Part shown: positions 30,154 through 40,257 of the stretch, piece after piece
Numbering within the stretch: position 1 is the stretch's first letter
Layout of the letters: each line of letters starts with the position of its first letter
Assembly: GCA_024637315.1 (NCBI GenBank)
Contig: JAGXFH010000004.1
Coordinates: 21,351-85,350 of the forward strand
DNA: 64,000 nucleotides
Direction of reading: 5' to 3'
Source: Brevirhabdus sp.
Lineage (GTDB): Bacteria > Pseudomonadota > Alphaproteobacteria > Rhodobacterales > Rhodobacteraceae
Position numbers and translations under genes: made by a program
The notes under the pieces: model-generated
What the model saw: the letters and a program-made list of their open reading frames with translations, nothing else
The model's database searches: none
Told to the model about the DNA's origin: nothing

Positions 30154-30181
30154 GGCCGCGCCGCTTTGGCAAGCGCGGGCC
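30154..30181 (+). terminator. GC stem-loop after the liu cluster
   Basis: GGCCGCGC-N11-GCGCGgGCC, an 8-bp stem with one bulge, starting 11 nt after the stop at 30143. No U-tract. Confidence 0.3.
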
Positions 30182-30517
30182 CGCGTGCCGGTCATCAGGA
30201 CCGATTGCACGACCGCGGGCGTCGGCTCTGCCTGAAGGTAAGCGGTTGTCATTGTGCTTGCCGCCTGGTTCGTTCATTCAGGTCAACGTGAGTTCTCCCG
30301 ACCCTGGCAAGGCGCGATTCGGCGTTGGGTTCGGAACGAAGGGCGATCGGTCGAACGTCCGGCGGACCCGAAGTTCATCGTTGCGGCCAGATGATGCATA
30401 TGCCAAATCGGCTCTGGCCGGTCGCCCCGGGCGCCTAGATAAGCTGCGAACACTTGGCTGTGGCATCACTTTGGACCCGGCGTCTGTTGACCGTCTCTGG
30501 GGGCGCAGGTAAGTCTG

Positions 30518-30539
30518 GGCGCGCAATCAAATGCGCGCC
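30518..30539 (+). promoter_or_regulatory. Perfect 8-bp inverted repeat GGCGCGCA-atcaaa-TGCGCGCC in the nuoA leader
   Basis: Read directly. Ends 23 nt before the nuoA GTG, just upstream of the AAAGGAG RBS. A TTGACC-N17-TAAGTC promoter-like pair lies at 30487-30515. Confidence 0.3.
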
Positions 30540-30562
30540 GGGCGCATGAAAGGAGCCGACAC

Positions 30563-31446
<884 letters not shown>

Positions 31447-31449
31447 GTC

Positions 31450-32058
31450 ATGTCTGATGCATTGAACGAGCTTGGCGCCCACATCGAACTCAAACGCCCT
31501 GATTGCGTATTGGGATGGGACGTCGCGTATGGGGAGTTGAACGTCACCGTAACCCTCGCCACTCTGGTGCCGTTTGTGGAATTCCTGCGCTCGAACGGCG
31601 TTTGCCGGTTTTCGTCGCTGGTCGATATCACTGCCGTCGATTATCCGGCAAGAGAGCCGCGATTCGATGTCGTCTATCACTTCCTGTCGATGTATCAGAA
31701 CCATCGCATCCGGGTGAAAGTCGCCGTGCGCGAAGATGACATGGTGCCGTCGATCATCAGCGTTCACCCCTCGGCCAACTGGTTCGAGCGAGAGGTATTC
31801 GACATGTTCGGCATCCTCTTCTCCGGCCATCCCGACCTGCGCCGGATCCTGACCGATTACGGCTTTCGCGGCCATCCGCTGCGCAAGGATTTTCCGACCA
31901 CCGGCTATACTGAGGTGCGTTATGACGAAGAGCAGAAGCGCGTCGTCTATGAGCCGGTCAAACTGGTGCAGGAATATCGCCAGTTCGATTTCATGTCGCC
32001 CTGGGAAGGGGCCGAATACATCCTTCCCGGTGACGAAAAACAGGAGCCAGCGAAATGA
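31450..32058 (+). CDS. nuoC: NADH-quinone oxidoreductase subunit C
   Basis: 30-kDa subunit motifs: [46 protein letters not shown]. Confidence 0.93.
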   Translation: MSDALNELGAHIELKRPDCVLGWDVAYGELNVTVTLATLVPFVEFLRSNGVCRFSSLVDITAVDYPAREPRFDVVYHFLSMYQNHRIRVKVAVREDDMVPSIISVHPSANWFEREVFDMFGILFSGHPDLRRILTDYGFRGHPLRKDFPTTGYTEVRYDEEQKRVVYEPVKLVQEYRQFDFMSPWEGAEYILPGDEKQEPAK

Positions 32059-32264
32059 TGACAAACTATGGAATGGGCGCCGGCGGATTGCTTTGGTTTG
32101 CGATTTTTGCGGCGCTTCTGGTCGTGCCGTTCTGGCGGATTCTGCCGCGCAGCGGCATCCCGTCCTGGGTGGCGCTTCTGGCAATCATCCCGCTCGGCGC
32201 AATCATCCTGCTTTGGGTCGTCGCGTTCAAGGACCAGCTTGGTGGCCGGTCCGGTCAGGATTGA
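32055..32264 (+). CDS. Small 2-TM membrane protein inserted between nuoC and nuoD
   Basis: ATGA overlap with the nuoC stop. 69 aa with two hydrophobic helices ([37 protein letters not shown]). Confidence 0.6.
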   Translation: MMTNYGMGAGGLLWFAIFAALLVVPFWRILPRSGIPSWVALLAIIPLGAIILLWVVAFKDQLGGRSGQD

Positions 32265-32274
32265 CGATCAGGTG

Positions 32275-33156
32275 ATGGGCACAGAACCAACACTTCTTTA
32301 CGTGATCGGTGCGGCGAAGGCCGGCACCAGCTGGCTCTACCAGTATTTCCGGTATCATGGCGATTGCCATTTTAGGTCGATCAAGGAGTTGCATTTCTTC
32401 GACAGGGCGCAGTCCGATCGGGCCGAGGAGGATGTCGAGGATCTGGCAGCCCGACAGGTCATGCTGCAAGAGCGGCTTGCCAGGGCCGTGCCCCAGGATC
32501 GGGTGCGGATCGAGACCGAGATTGCCGATCTTGCTGCCTTGCGCGCGGTGCTTGTGTCCGAAGGCGACCAGACAGCCGCTTATCTGGACTACCTGCGAAA
32601 CGGCAGCGAGGGGCGCAAGCTGATCGGGGATATCACCCCGGCCTATGCGCTTTTGCCGGTAGAAGAGTTGCAGCGGATGGCCGGCCTCTGCCCCGATACC
32701 CGCTTCATCTACATCATGCGCGATCCGGTGGAACGGCTCTGGAGCCATGTGCGGATGAAAATCGCGCGGCGCAATCCCGGCGAGGCGTTCAAGCCCCGCG
32801 CAGCCCGTCATCTGATGTGGCGGGTGCTGCGCGGCCAGCAACAGGCGATTTCCGCCCGCGGGGATTACCGCGCTGCGATCGAGAAACTGAAGGCCGCGAT
32901 CGATCCGCGCCGGGTGCTGCTGGTGTTCACCGAAGAGATGTTTACGCCTTCGGGGATCCGCAAGATCTGCGCCTTTCTTGGCATCGGCTATGTCGCTCCT
33001 GAAATCGACAGGCCGGTTCACAAGGGAGTCGAACTGGCGATGCGACCCGGCCAGCGCGCGATGGCCCGCGAATTCCTGGCCCCGCAATACGACTATGTCG
33101 AGCAATTGTTCGGCAGGCTGCCCAAGGCATGGCAGTCCGAACCCGCAGAGGTGTGA
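32275..33156 (+). CDS. Sulfotransferase-family protein inserted between nuoC and nuoD
   Basis: Inner ATG 32275. PAPS 5'-phosphosulfate-binding loop [10 protein letters not shown] and 3'-phosphate motif [14 protein letters not shown]. The stop lies 1 nt before the nuoD ATG. The N-terminal codons are visibly more A/T-ending than those of flanking nuo genes. Confidence 0.8.
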   Translation: MGTEPTLLYVIGAAKAGTSWLYQYFRYHGDCHFRSIKELHFFDRAQSDRAEEDVEDLAARQVMLQERLARAVPQDRVRIETEIADLAALRAVLVSEGDQTAAYLDYLRNGSEGRKLIGDITPAYALLPVEELQRMAGLCPDTRFIYIMRDPVERLWSHVRMKIARRNPGEAFKPRAARHLMWRVLRGQQQAISARGDYRAAIEKLKAAIDPRRVLLVFTEEMFTPSGIRKICAFLGIGYVAPEIDRPVHKGVELAMRPGQRAMAREFLAPQYDYVEQLFGRLPKAWQSEPAEV

Positions 33157-33157
33157 G

Positions 33158-34369
33158 ATGATGGACGGTAAATTTGACGACGCGCTGACGGGCGAACAGA
33201 AGATCCGCAACTTCAACATCAATTTCGGCCCGCAGCATCCTGCGGCGCATGGTGTGCTGCGGCTGGTGCTGGAACTTGACGGCGAGATCGTCGAGCGCTG
33301 CGATCCTCATATCGGCTTGCTGCATCGCGGTACCGAAAAGTTGATGGAAAGCCGCACCTACCTGCAGAACCTGCCCTATTTCGACCGGCTCGATTACGTC
33401 GCGCCGATGAACCAGGAACATGCCTGGTGCCTGGCGATCGAACGACTGACCGGAACACAGGTGCCGCGACGGGGAAGCCTGATCCGGGTGCTCTATTCCG
33501 AAATCGGCCGGGTGCTGAACCACCTGCTGAACGTCACCACGCAAGCCATGGACGTAGGAGCGTTGACGCCGCCGCTCTGGGGATTCGAGGAACGCGAAAA
33601 GCTGATGATCTTCTACGAGCGGGCCTGCGGCGCGCGTCTGCACGCAGCCTATTTCCGTCCGGGTGGCGTGCACCAGGATCTGCCGCCGGATCTTATCGAC
33701 GACATCGACGCTTGGGCCGACCAGTTTCCCGCGCGGCTCGACGATATCGACACGCTCCTGACCGAGAACCGCATCTTCAAGCAACGCAACGCCGATATCG
33801 GCGTCGTGACCGAACAGGATATTCAGGACTGGGGCTTTTCCGGAGTCATGGTGCGCGGTTCGGGCCTGGCCTGGGATCTGCGCCGCTCGCAGCCCTATGA
33901 ATGCTATGACGAATTCGACTTCAAGATCCCGATCGGCAAGAATGGCGACTGTTATGACCGCTACCTCGTGCGGATGGCCGAAATGCGGGAATCGACCAAG
34001 ATCATCAAGCAGTGCATCGCCAAGCTGCGCGCCGAACCCGGCCCGGTGATGTCGCGGGGCAAGATGGCGCCACCCTCGCGGAACGAGATGAAGACCTCGA
34101 TGGAGGCGCTGATCCATCACTTCAAGCTTTACACCGAAGGCTTCCACGTTCCAGAGGGCGAGGTCTATGCCGCCGTCGAGGCCCCGAAGGGCGAATTCGG
34201 CGTCTATCTTGTGGCGGATGGCACCAATCGGCCGTACCGCGCCAAGCTGCGCGCGCCGGGCTTTCTGCATCTGCAGGCAATGGACTTCGTCGCGGTCGGC
34301 CACCAGCTGGCCGATGTGGCAGCGATCATCGGGACGATGGATATCGTGTTCGGAGAGGTCGACAGATGA
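33158..34369 (+). CDS. nuoD: NADH-quinone oxidoreductase subunit D
   Basis: Inner ATG 33158. [15 protein letters not shown] and HRGTEKL motifs. C-terminal DIVFGEVDR. Confidence 0.95.
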   Translation: MMDGKFDDALTGEQKIRNFNINFGPQHPAAHGVLRLVLELDGEIVERCDPHIGLLHRGTEKLMESRTYLQNLPYFDRLDYVAPMNQEHAWCLAIERLTGTQVPRRGSLIRVLYSEIGRVLNHLLNVTTQAMDVGALTPPLWGFEEREKLMIFYERACGARLHAAYFRPGGVHQDLPPDLIDDIDAWADQFPARLDDIDTLLTENRIFKQRNADIGVVTEQDIQDWGFSGVMVRGSGLAWDLRRSQPYECYDEFDFKIPIGKNGDCYDRYLVRMAEMRESTKIIKQCIAKLRAEPGPVMSRGKMAPPSRNEMKTSMEALIHHFKLYTEGFHVPEGEVYAAVEAPKGEFGVYLVADGTNRPYRAKLRAPGFLHLQAMDFVAVGHQLADVAAIIGTMDIVFGEVDR

Positions 34370-34800
34370 GGCTGACCGGCGTTATCCTGTTGTTTGCCCT
34401 TTCCGCCTGTGCGGCGCCGCCGCTAGAAGAGGTTCCGGCCTTCGAGCCGATCACCGACGACTCGGCCTATGATCCGAGTGCGGCCACTGCACCGGTCGCA
34501 GATCCGATTACCTCTGGCCCGATCACCGCCGAGCCGCTCGCCTCCGGTCCGGTCGTCGCCGCACCGCTTGCACCAAGTTCGGCCGCAGTCGCCCCGCTCA
34601 GCGACAAGGAACGCCTTGTCGCCGCGATCGAGGGCGAAGGCTGTGTGCTGAATGCCGAGAATTCCGAACGCGTGCTCAACACGCTCGGCATCGGGCAAGA
34701 ACAGCTTGCGCAGATCGGTAGCGAACTGATGCGGGAAGGACGGGTCGAGGTCATACCGCCGGCGGAGTTCCGCCTGGTCACCGGGGCATGCGCGTCATGA
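34366..34800 (+). CDS. Small lipoprotein (Pro/Ala-rich linker) between nuoD and nuoE
   Basis: ATGA overlap with the nuoD stop. [16 protein letters not shown] has a lipobox L-S-A-C. Short repeats of the [25 protein letters not shown] type. Confidence 0.6.
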   Translation: MRLTGVILLFALSACAAPPLEEVPAFEPITDDSAYDPSAATAPVADPITSGPITAEPLASGPVVAAPLAPSSAAVAPLSDKERLVAAIEGEGCVLNAENSERVLNTLGIGQEQLAQIGSELMREGRVEVIPPAEFRLVTGACAS

Positions 34801-35165
34801 CGGTGGCGACGCTTGCAGTGATCTTCGCGGCATCGGGCGCGGTCTTTACCGGCGCGCTTGGCCTGTTGTTCCTGCGCGACCCGGCACGGGGCTTCGCGAT
34901 CACCACCCACCGGCTTGAGCAACTGCCCCAAGTGATGAGCGATCGGTATTTCGCGCTGGCCCTTCTGGCGCTCGGATCGGCCGTCTACGGTGATTTCAAG
35001 GTCATCGCCTATCTCTTCGCCGTCTACGCATTCGTCAGTTTTGCCGATGCCTGGATCTATGCCCGAATAAACCGGCCTTATGTCAAACATGTTGCGGCCG
35101 GGGTGCTGTCGATCATCGTCATGGTCACTGCCCTCGTCGCCCTGAATCCCGGAGTGACCGCCTGA
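34797..35165 (+). CDS. Small polytopic membrane protein (possibly DUF4267-like)
   Basis: ATG 34797 forms an ATGA overlap with the preceding stop (the track starts at 34788). About 4 hydrophobic segments. Its TGA overlaps the nuoE ATG (TGATG). Confidence 0.55.
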   Translation: MTVATLAVIFAASGAVFTGALGLLFLRDPARGFAITTHRLEQLPQVMSDRYFALALLALGSAVYGDFKVIAYLFAVYAFVSFADAWIYARINRPYVKHVAAGVLSIIVMVTALVALNPGVTA

Positions 35166-36292
35166 TGCTTCGCCGTCTTCATCCCGACCAGCCCGACAGC
35201 TTCGCCTTCAGCGAGGCGAACCAGAAATGGGCCGAGGCGCAGATAACGAAATTTCCCGACAGCCGTCAGGCATCGGCGATCATCCCGCTTTTGTGGCGGG
35301 CACAGGAACAGGAGGGTTGGCTGTCGCGCCCGGCGATCGAGCACATCGCCGACATGCTCGGCATGGCGCATATCCGGGCGCTCGAGGTTGCCACCTTCTA
35401 CTTCATGTTCCAGTTGCAACCGGTTGGGTCGGTTGCGCATGTTCAGGTCTGCGGTACGACATCGTGCATGATCTGCGGCGCCGAGGATCTGATTGCTGTG
35501 TGCCAGGACAAGATCGCGCCGAAGGCGCATCAGCTTTCCGCCGATGGCAAGTTCAGCTGGGAAGAGGTCGAATGCCTCGGGGCCTGCGCCAACGCGCCGA
35601 TGGCCCAGATCGGCAAGGATTACTACGAAGATCTGACGACCGAACGTCTGGCCGAAATAATCGACGAGTTGGCAGCGGGCAAGGTGCCGGTGCCCGGGCC
35701 GCAGAACGGGCGTTATGCGGCAGAACCGCTGGCGGGCCTCACCAGCCTGACGGAATATGAAAGCGGACGCACGCGCTATAATGCAAGTGCGCAACTGGCC
35801 GTTGATCTCGGCGATACCGTCAAGCGCATCGACGGCAGCGAGGTGCCCCTGATCACGCCTTGGTTGGGCGACCCCGGCGGCAAGCCGCCAAAGCCGGCTA
35901 GGGGTAAGAAACCAGCCGAACCAAAGCCGGCGAAGAACGCGCCCGCCGATCATACCGGCGTCACCAAGCAGCAGGCGCGGGAAGACTCGACGGCCAAGCC
36001 GGTCTCGCCCTCTGATCCGAAACGCCCCAGCCGCCTGAAAGCGCCGCGCAAGACCGGCGCGGATGACCTGAAGAAGATCAAGGGCGTGGGTCCCAAGCTC
36101 GAAGCCATGCTGAATGGGCTGGGGTTTTACCACTACGACCAGATCGGGAAGTGGAGCGCCGCGGAAGTCGCTTGGGTTGATGAGAATCTCGAAGGCTTCA
36201 AGGGCCGGGTCAGTCGCGATGACTGGGTCGACCAGGCCAAGATTCTGGCCGATGGCGGTGCGACGGAATTTTCGAAGCGAGCCAAATACTGA
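35165..36292 (+). CDS. nuoE: NADH-quinone oxidoreductase subunit E with a roughly 190-aa C-terminal extension
   Basis: 2Fe-2S motifs [10 protein letters not shown]...CLGACANAP within the first ~175 aa, then a Pro/Lys-rich linker and a GVGPKLE..L...G......QI helix-hairpin-helix-like module (36062-36289). Confidence 0.93.
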   Translation: MLRRLHPDQPDSFAFSEANQKWAEAQITKFPDSRQASAIIPLLWRAQEQEGWLSRPAIEHIADMLGMAHIRALEVATFYFMFQLQPVGSVAHVQVCGTTSCMICGAEDLIAVCQDKIAPKAHQLSADGKFSWEEVECLGACANAPMAQIGKDYYEDLTTERLAEIIDELAAGKVPVPGPQNGRYAAEPLAGLTSLTEYESGRTRYNASAQLAVDLGDTVKRIDGSEVPLITPWLGDPGGKPPKPARGKKPAEPKPAKNAPADHTGVTKQQAREDSTAKPVSPSDPKRPSRLKAPRKTGADDLKKIKGVGPKLEAMLNGLGFYHYDQIGKWSAAEVAWVDENLEGFKGRVSRDDWVDQAKILADGGATEFSKRAKY

Positions 36293-36333
36293 ACCGTGAT
36301 AGACATAACAAGAAAAAAACCGGGAGATGACTG

Positions 36334-37182
36334 ATGAATTCGGATGAAACGTCGAACAAGACCTTGGTTTGGGGCATCGCCGCCGCTGTGGGCGTGGTGT
36401 CCTTTCTGTTGCTGAAATTCGCGGCCTCCTACACGTTCTGGCCGGCCTTGCTGCTCGCGGTCCTGATCGCAGTTCTGGTGGCCATTCTTGTCTGGATCGG
36501 CTTCTACCGCGAAGCCGAGGTCGACGATGCCGATGCCCAGCCACCGCGTACCAACCTGCCCTCGGGCACGATGGCGGGCAGCGCCACCGGCATCGCAGCC
36601 CCCCCAACCGTCACCGACCCCCCTGCGACCCCGACCGCCGAGCCGGAAAAAGCCGCAGAGCCGGAAAAAGCCGCAGAGCCGAAAGAAGCCGCAGAACCGG
36701 CAAAGGCTGCGAAGCCGGAAAAACCTGCAGAGTCCAAGAAAGCCGCGAAAAAACCGACAGCGGAATCCGCGGCGGCCCTGATGGGCGATGCCGGAAACAG
36801 AATGGTGGCCGAAAAGAAAGCCGCCAAGGCAAAGCCTGCGCCCGCCAAGTCCAAGCCGGCCAGCAAGCCTGCCGCCGCCAGACTCGCAGAGGATGAAGAC
36901 AGGCCCGAACTGCTGAGCGCCGCCCGCGACGGTGGCCCCGATGATCTGAAACAGATCAAGGGCGTCGGCCCGAAGCTGGAAGCCGAGTTGCACAAGGTGG
37001 GAGTCTACCACTTCGATCAGATCGCCAGCTGGAAGAAGAAGGAAGTGACGTGGATGGACGAAAACCTGGCAGGTGTCCGCCAGCGCGTCAGCCGCGACGA
37101 ATGGGTCAAGCAGGCCAAGATCCTTGCCAAGGGAGGCCAGACCGAGTTTTCCAAGCGCGTCACCAAGGGCGACGTGTATTAA
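36334..37182 (+). CDS. Membrane-anchored protein with AAEPEK repeats and a C-terminal module paralogous to the NuoE extension
   Basis: Two N-terminal TM helices, an Ala/Pro/Lys/Glu low-complexity linker, and a C-terminal 76 aa segment (36940-37182) identical at 51/76 positions to the NuoE C-terminus by my manual alignment. Confidence 0.75.
   Translation: MNSDETSNKTLVWGIAAAVGVVSFLLLKFAASYTFWPALLLAVLIAVLVAILVWIGFYREAEVDDADAQPPRTNLPSGTMAGSATGIAAPPTVTDPPATPTAEPEKAAEPEKAAEPKEAAEPAKAAKPEKPAESKKAAKKPTAESAAALMGDAGNRMVAEKKAAKAKPAPAKSKPASKPAAARLAEDEDRPELLSAARDGGPDDLKQIKGVGPKLEAELHKVGVYHFDQIASWKKKEVTWMDENLAGVRQRVSRDEWVKQAKILAKGGQTEFSKRVTKGDVY
36637..36756 (+). repeat. In-frame 18-bp tandem repeats encoding (A-A-E-P-E-K)-like hexapeptides, about 6-7 units
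   Basis: gcc gca gag ccg gaa aaa is repeated with progressive degeneration (AEPEK AAEPEK AAEPKE AAEPAK AAKPEK PAESKK AAKKP). Confidence 0.8.
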
Positions 37183-37194
37183 GGAGAGGAAAGG

Positions 37195-37413
37195 TTGAGC
37201 CCTGAAGAGGAACGCCGCACCGCCAGAACGGCACGGATGGTTGCCCTTGTGATCGCCGTGACGATGGTGGCATGGATCGGGGCGCAATGGCTGGGGCCGA
37301 AGATGGGACTGGCGGGGCGCTATGCCTTCCTTTTCGACCTCGCGGCACTGGCGGCCTTTTTCTGGGCGCTGGTGGTGACATATCAGATCTGGCGCAAACG
37401 CCGGGAAGACTAG
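37195..37413 (+). CDS. Small 2-TM membrane protein between nuoE and nuoF (DUF5337-like, from memory)
   Basis: TTG start 6 nt after AAGGAGAGGAAAGG. 72 aa with two hydrophobic helices and basic termini. Confidence 0.6.
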   Translation: MSPEEERRTARTARMVALVIAVTMVAWIGAQWLGPKMGLAGRYAFLFDLAALAAFFWALVVTYQIWRKRRED

Positions 37414-37423
37414 GACAAGCAAC

Positions 37424-38722
37424 ATGCTGAAAGATCAGGACCGCATCTTCACCAACATCTACGGGATGCACGACCGCTCGCTCAAAGGGGCCCAGGCGCG
37501 TGGCCATTGGGACGGCACCGCGGCGATCATCAAAAAGGGCCGCGACTGGATCGTGAACGAGATGAAGGCGTCGGGTCTGCGCGGCCGCGGTGGGGCAGGG
37601 TTCCCGACCGGTCTCAAATGGTCCTTCATGCCCAAGGAAAGCGACGGCCGCCCGGCCTATCTGGTGGTCAATGCGGACGAATCCGAGCCCGGCACCTGCA
37701 AGGACCGCGAGATCATGCGCCACGATCCTCACACGCTGATCGAGGGCTGCCTGATCGCCAGTTTCGCGATGAACGCCCATACCTCCTACATCTACCTGCG
37801 CGGCGAATACATCCGCGAGCGAGAGGCGCTGCAGGCGGCCATCGACGAATGCTACGCCGCGGGCCTTCTGGGCAAGAACGCCGCCAAGTCCGGTTGGGAT
37901 TTCGACGTGTTCCTGCATCACGGCGCGGGCGCCTATATCTGCGGCGAGGAAACCGCGCTTCTGGAAAGCCTCGAAGGCAAGAAGGGCATGCCCCGGATGA
38001 AGCCACCGTTCCCGGCGGGCGCGGGTCTCTACGGCTGCCCGACCACGGTGAACAACGTCGAAAGCATCGCCGTCGCCCCCACGATCCTGCGGCGTGGCGC
38101 AGAATGGTTCGCCGGTTTCGGGCGGGCCAACAACACCGGCACAAAACTGTTCGCGATCTCGGGCCACGTCAACAATCCCTGCGTGGTCGAGGAAGAGATG
38201 TCGATTTCCTTCGACGAACTGATCGACAAGCATTGCGGCGGCATTCGTGGCGGCTGGGACAACCTCAAGGCGGTGATCCCTGGGGGATCCTCGGTGCCGC
38301 TTTTGCCGGGCTCTGTCATGCGCGAAGACGCGATCATGGATTTCGATTGGTTGCGGGAACAGAAATCCGGCCTTGGCACGGCGGCCGTGATCGTCATGGA
38401 CAACTCTACCGACGTGATCAAGGCGATCTGGCGGTTGTCGAAATTCTATAAGCATGAAAGCTGCGGTCAATGCACGCCCTGCCGCGAAGGCACCGGCTGG
38501 ATGATGCGGGTCATGGACCGACTGGTACGGGGCGAGGCCGACCCGGCCGAGATCGGCATGCTGCTCGACGTCACCAAACAGGTCGAGGGCCACACGATCT
38601 GCGCGCTCGGCGACGCTGCCGCCTGGCCGATCCAGGGTCTGATCCGGCATTTCCGAGACGAGATCGAGGAGCGGATAAAGTACAAGCGGGCGGGCAGTGT
38701 CACGGCAGTGGCGGCGGAGTAG
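37424..38722 (+). CDS. nuoF: NADH-quinone oxidoreductase subunit F
   Basis: [16 protein letters not shown] (FMN/NADH site) and [12 protein letters not shown] (cluster N3). Confidence 0.96.
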   Translation: MLKDQDRIFTNIYGMHDRSLKGAQARGHWDGTAAIIKKGRDWIVNEMKASGLRGRGGAGFPTGLKWSFMPKESDGRPAYLVVNADESEPGTCKDREIMRHDPHTLIEGCLIASFAMNAHTSYIYLRGEYIREREALQAAIDECYAAGLLGKNAAKSGWDFDVFLHHGAGAYICGEETALLESLEGKKGMPRMKPPFPAGAGLYGCPTTVNNVESIAVAPTILRRGAEWFAGFGRANNTGTKLFAISGHVNNPCVVEEEMSISFDELIDKHCGGIRGGWDNLKAVIPGGSSVPLLPGSVMREDAIMDFDWLREQKSGLGTAAVIVMDNSTDVIKAIWRLSKFYKHESCGQCTPCREGTGWMMRVMDRLVRGEADPAEIGMLLDVTKQVEGHTICALGDAAAWPIQGLIRHFRDEIEERIKYKRAGSVTAVAAE

Positions 38723-38791
38723 AGCGACCTTCTCCCGACACATCCTGACGACCGGTAAGGGCAAAGGCAAGCAAGACAACGGAGTGACCAC

Positions 38792-38980
38792 ATGTGCTAC
38801 AATCCCTATGATCACGATGCGATGCTCCGCGATGTATCGGACCGAACGGCGGGCGTCGAAGCGCCGAACCTGCGGCTTGCCCTGGCCTTCGGGGTGCTGG
38901 CGCGCCTGGTGGCCAAGGCGCTTGGACGCAGCGAGCCGGCGAATCAGCCCGCGGCCGGCTCGCACTTTGCAGCGGAGTAG
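38792..38980 (+). CDS. Hypothetical small protein (62 aa)
   Basis: ATG preceded by GGAG (8-nt spacing). GC3 is moderate at the 5' end and higher later. One hydrophobic stretch. No recognisable motif. Confidence 0.35.
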   Translation: MCYNPYDHDAMLRDVSDRTAGVEAPNLRLALAFGVLARLVAKALGRSEPANQPAAGSHFAAE

Positions 38981-38986
38981 CGGCGC

Positions 38987-39328
38987 ATGAACCAGCTTTT
39001 GCTGATCATGCTGACGTTCGCCCTGACCGGCTGCGGCATTTCCGAGCGGCTGGGGCTCAGCCGCGATCCGACGGCCGCTGGCCTGCCTTACACGGCACGG
39101 CTGACCGCAGCAGAGGATCGGCATGACATCCAGATCGCCGTCACCGCCCAGCCGGGCACCTCTGTCGATCAGGTCCGCGAAAGCGCGCGCTATCAGGCGA
39201 CCTTTCACTGCCTGACGACATTCGGCAATTCCGATGCCGACTGGCAGAACGACCCGGCGACCGGCGACTGGGCCTTCGTCCGCACCGAGGATGCGATGAT
39301 CTTCACCGCCCGCTGTGAGGGTCGGTAG
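38987..39328 (+). CDS. Small lipoprotein between nuoF and nuoG
   Basis: MNQLLLIMLTFALTGCG has a canonical lipobox L-T-G-C. 113 aa with two further Cys residues. Confidence 0.6.
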   Translation: MNQLLLIMLTFALTGCGISERLGLSRDPTAAGLPYTARLTAAEDRHDIQIAVTAQPGTSVDQVRESARYQATFHCLTTFGNSDADWQNDPATGDWAFVRTEDAMIFTARCEGR

Positions 39329-39358
39329 ACCCAACCCAACCAGCCCAAGGAGAGACGG

Positions 39359-39775
39359 ATGGAGCAACTCACGGAATATGGCCACGCGCTGGCCTCGGTC
39401 GCGCTCTTCGCGCTGATCGCGCTTTTCCTCAGCCCTTGGATCGGCATGTTGCGCGCCAATGCGGGGCTTGCCCCCGGTGAGATGCCGCGCGCCGATTATC
39501 GTGACCGCACCTACCGCATCGCCCGATCCTATCAGAACACCGTCGAGATGGTCGGGGTTTTCGGCGCGGTCGTCGCGGCTGCTGCTTTGGCGGGCGCGAC
39601 CCCGTTCTGGGTCAACCTCTTCGCATCGATCGCGCTCTTGGCGCGAGTCGCGATGATCTTCGTGCACATACGGGGCATCGGCATGCCCGAACGCGGCCCC
39701 CGCTCGTTGCTTTTCGGGCTTGGCTGGCTGATGATGGTTCTGATCGCGCTGATGGCACTGGTGGCGGCGTTTTGA
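39359..39775 (+). CDS. MAPEG-family membrane protein
   Basis: 138 aa, 3-4 TM. R..R....N..E pattern (RIARSYQNTVE) characteristic of MAPEG/microsomal GST-like proteins. Confidence 0.6.
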   Translation: MEQLTEYGHALASVALFALIALFLSPWIGMLRANAGLAPGEMPRADYRDRTYRIARSYQNTVEMVGVFGAVVAAAALAGATPFWVNLFASIALLARVAMIFVHIRGIGMPERGPRSLLFGLGWLMMVLIALMALVAAF

Positions 39776-40254
39776 GCGGCGCAAACGCAGATCAAGTCGC
39801 CCAAATGAACATCGGGCAGCTTCGGCACCCGGCGGACCATCCGCTGAGCGCCGGGTTCACGGACAATACCGACAAGGTGAACGCCGTCGCCGAACGCTCG
39901 GACGGGTTCGTCTGGCGCTGCGTTGACGAAGCGGCGGCGCTGAAGTCCGAGGGCATTGCGCTTTACGACGGCGATCCGAATGCCATCTGCACCTTGTCGG
40001 TCTGGAAACACCCCGCCGATCTGGAAGCGTTCGTCCACAAGTCCGTGCATGGCGCGTTTCTGAAGCGCCGTGCCAACTGGTTCAAACCGCAGGACCACCG
40101 GACCTATGTGATCTGGCCCGTCGCCGCCGGACACCGCCCCGGCTTTCGCGAAGGGCTGGAGCGACTGGCGCAACTGGAGGCGCAGGGCCCGACCGATGCG
40201 GCATACGATTTTGACCATCTGCGCCAGATGGCCGGACCGAAAGCGTCAGAGTAA
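39772..40254 (+). CDS. DUF3291-like protein (ferredoxin-like/ABM-type fold family, from memory)
   Basis: AQMNIGQLRHP.D.P....F......VNAVAERSDGFVWR pattern. The TTG start overlaps the MAPEG stop. Confidence 0.55.
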   Translation: MSGANADQVAQMNIGQLRHPADHPLSAGFTDNTDKVNAVAERSDGFVWRCVDEAAALKSEGIALYDGDPNAICTLSVWKHPADLEAFVHKSVHGAFLKRRANWFKPQDHRTYVIWPVAAGHRPGFREGLERLAQLEAQGPTDAAYDFDHLRQMAGPKASE

Positions 40255-40257
40255 CCG

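Noticed and set aside
32068-33156. Long N-terminal extensions of track ORFs (for example 32068, 32978, 34012, 28621, 43667, 279..1445, 11273..12664)
   Set aside because: The extensions overlap the preceding well-supported gene and are Arg/Ser/Pro-rich. Inner ATGs are supported by an RBS, stop-start coupling and family-typical N-termini, so these ORFs were trimmed to the inner starts.
37160-39784. 874-aa minus-strand ORF, the longest in the window
   Set aside because: It is antisense to nuoF and four further plus-strand genes. It is Arg/Gly/Asp/His-rich with no domains. The plus-strand genes carry unambiguous motifs and operon logic. The same applies to 30892..32184(-), 32942..34303(-), 35078..36607(-), 36133..37425(-), 41315..43198(-), 47041..47976(-), 48813..49622(-) and 50979..52079(-).
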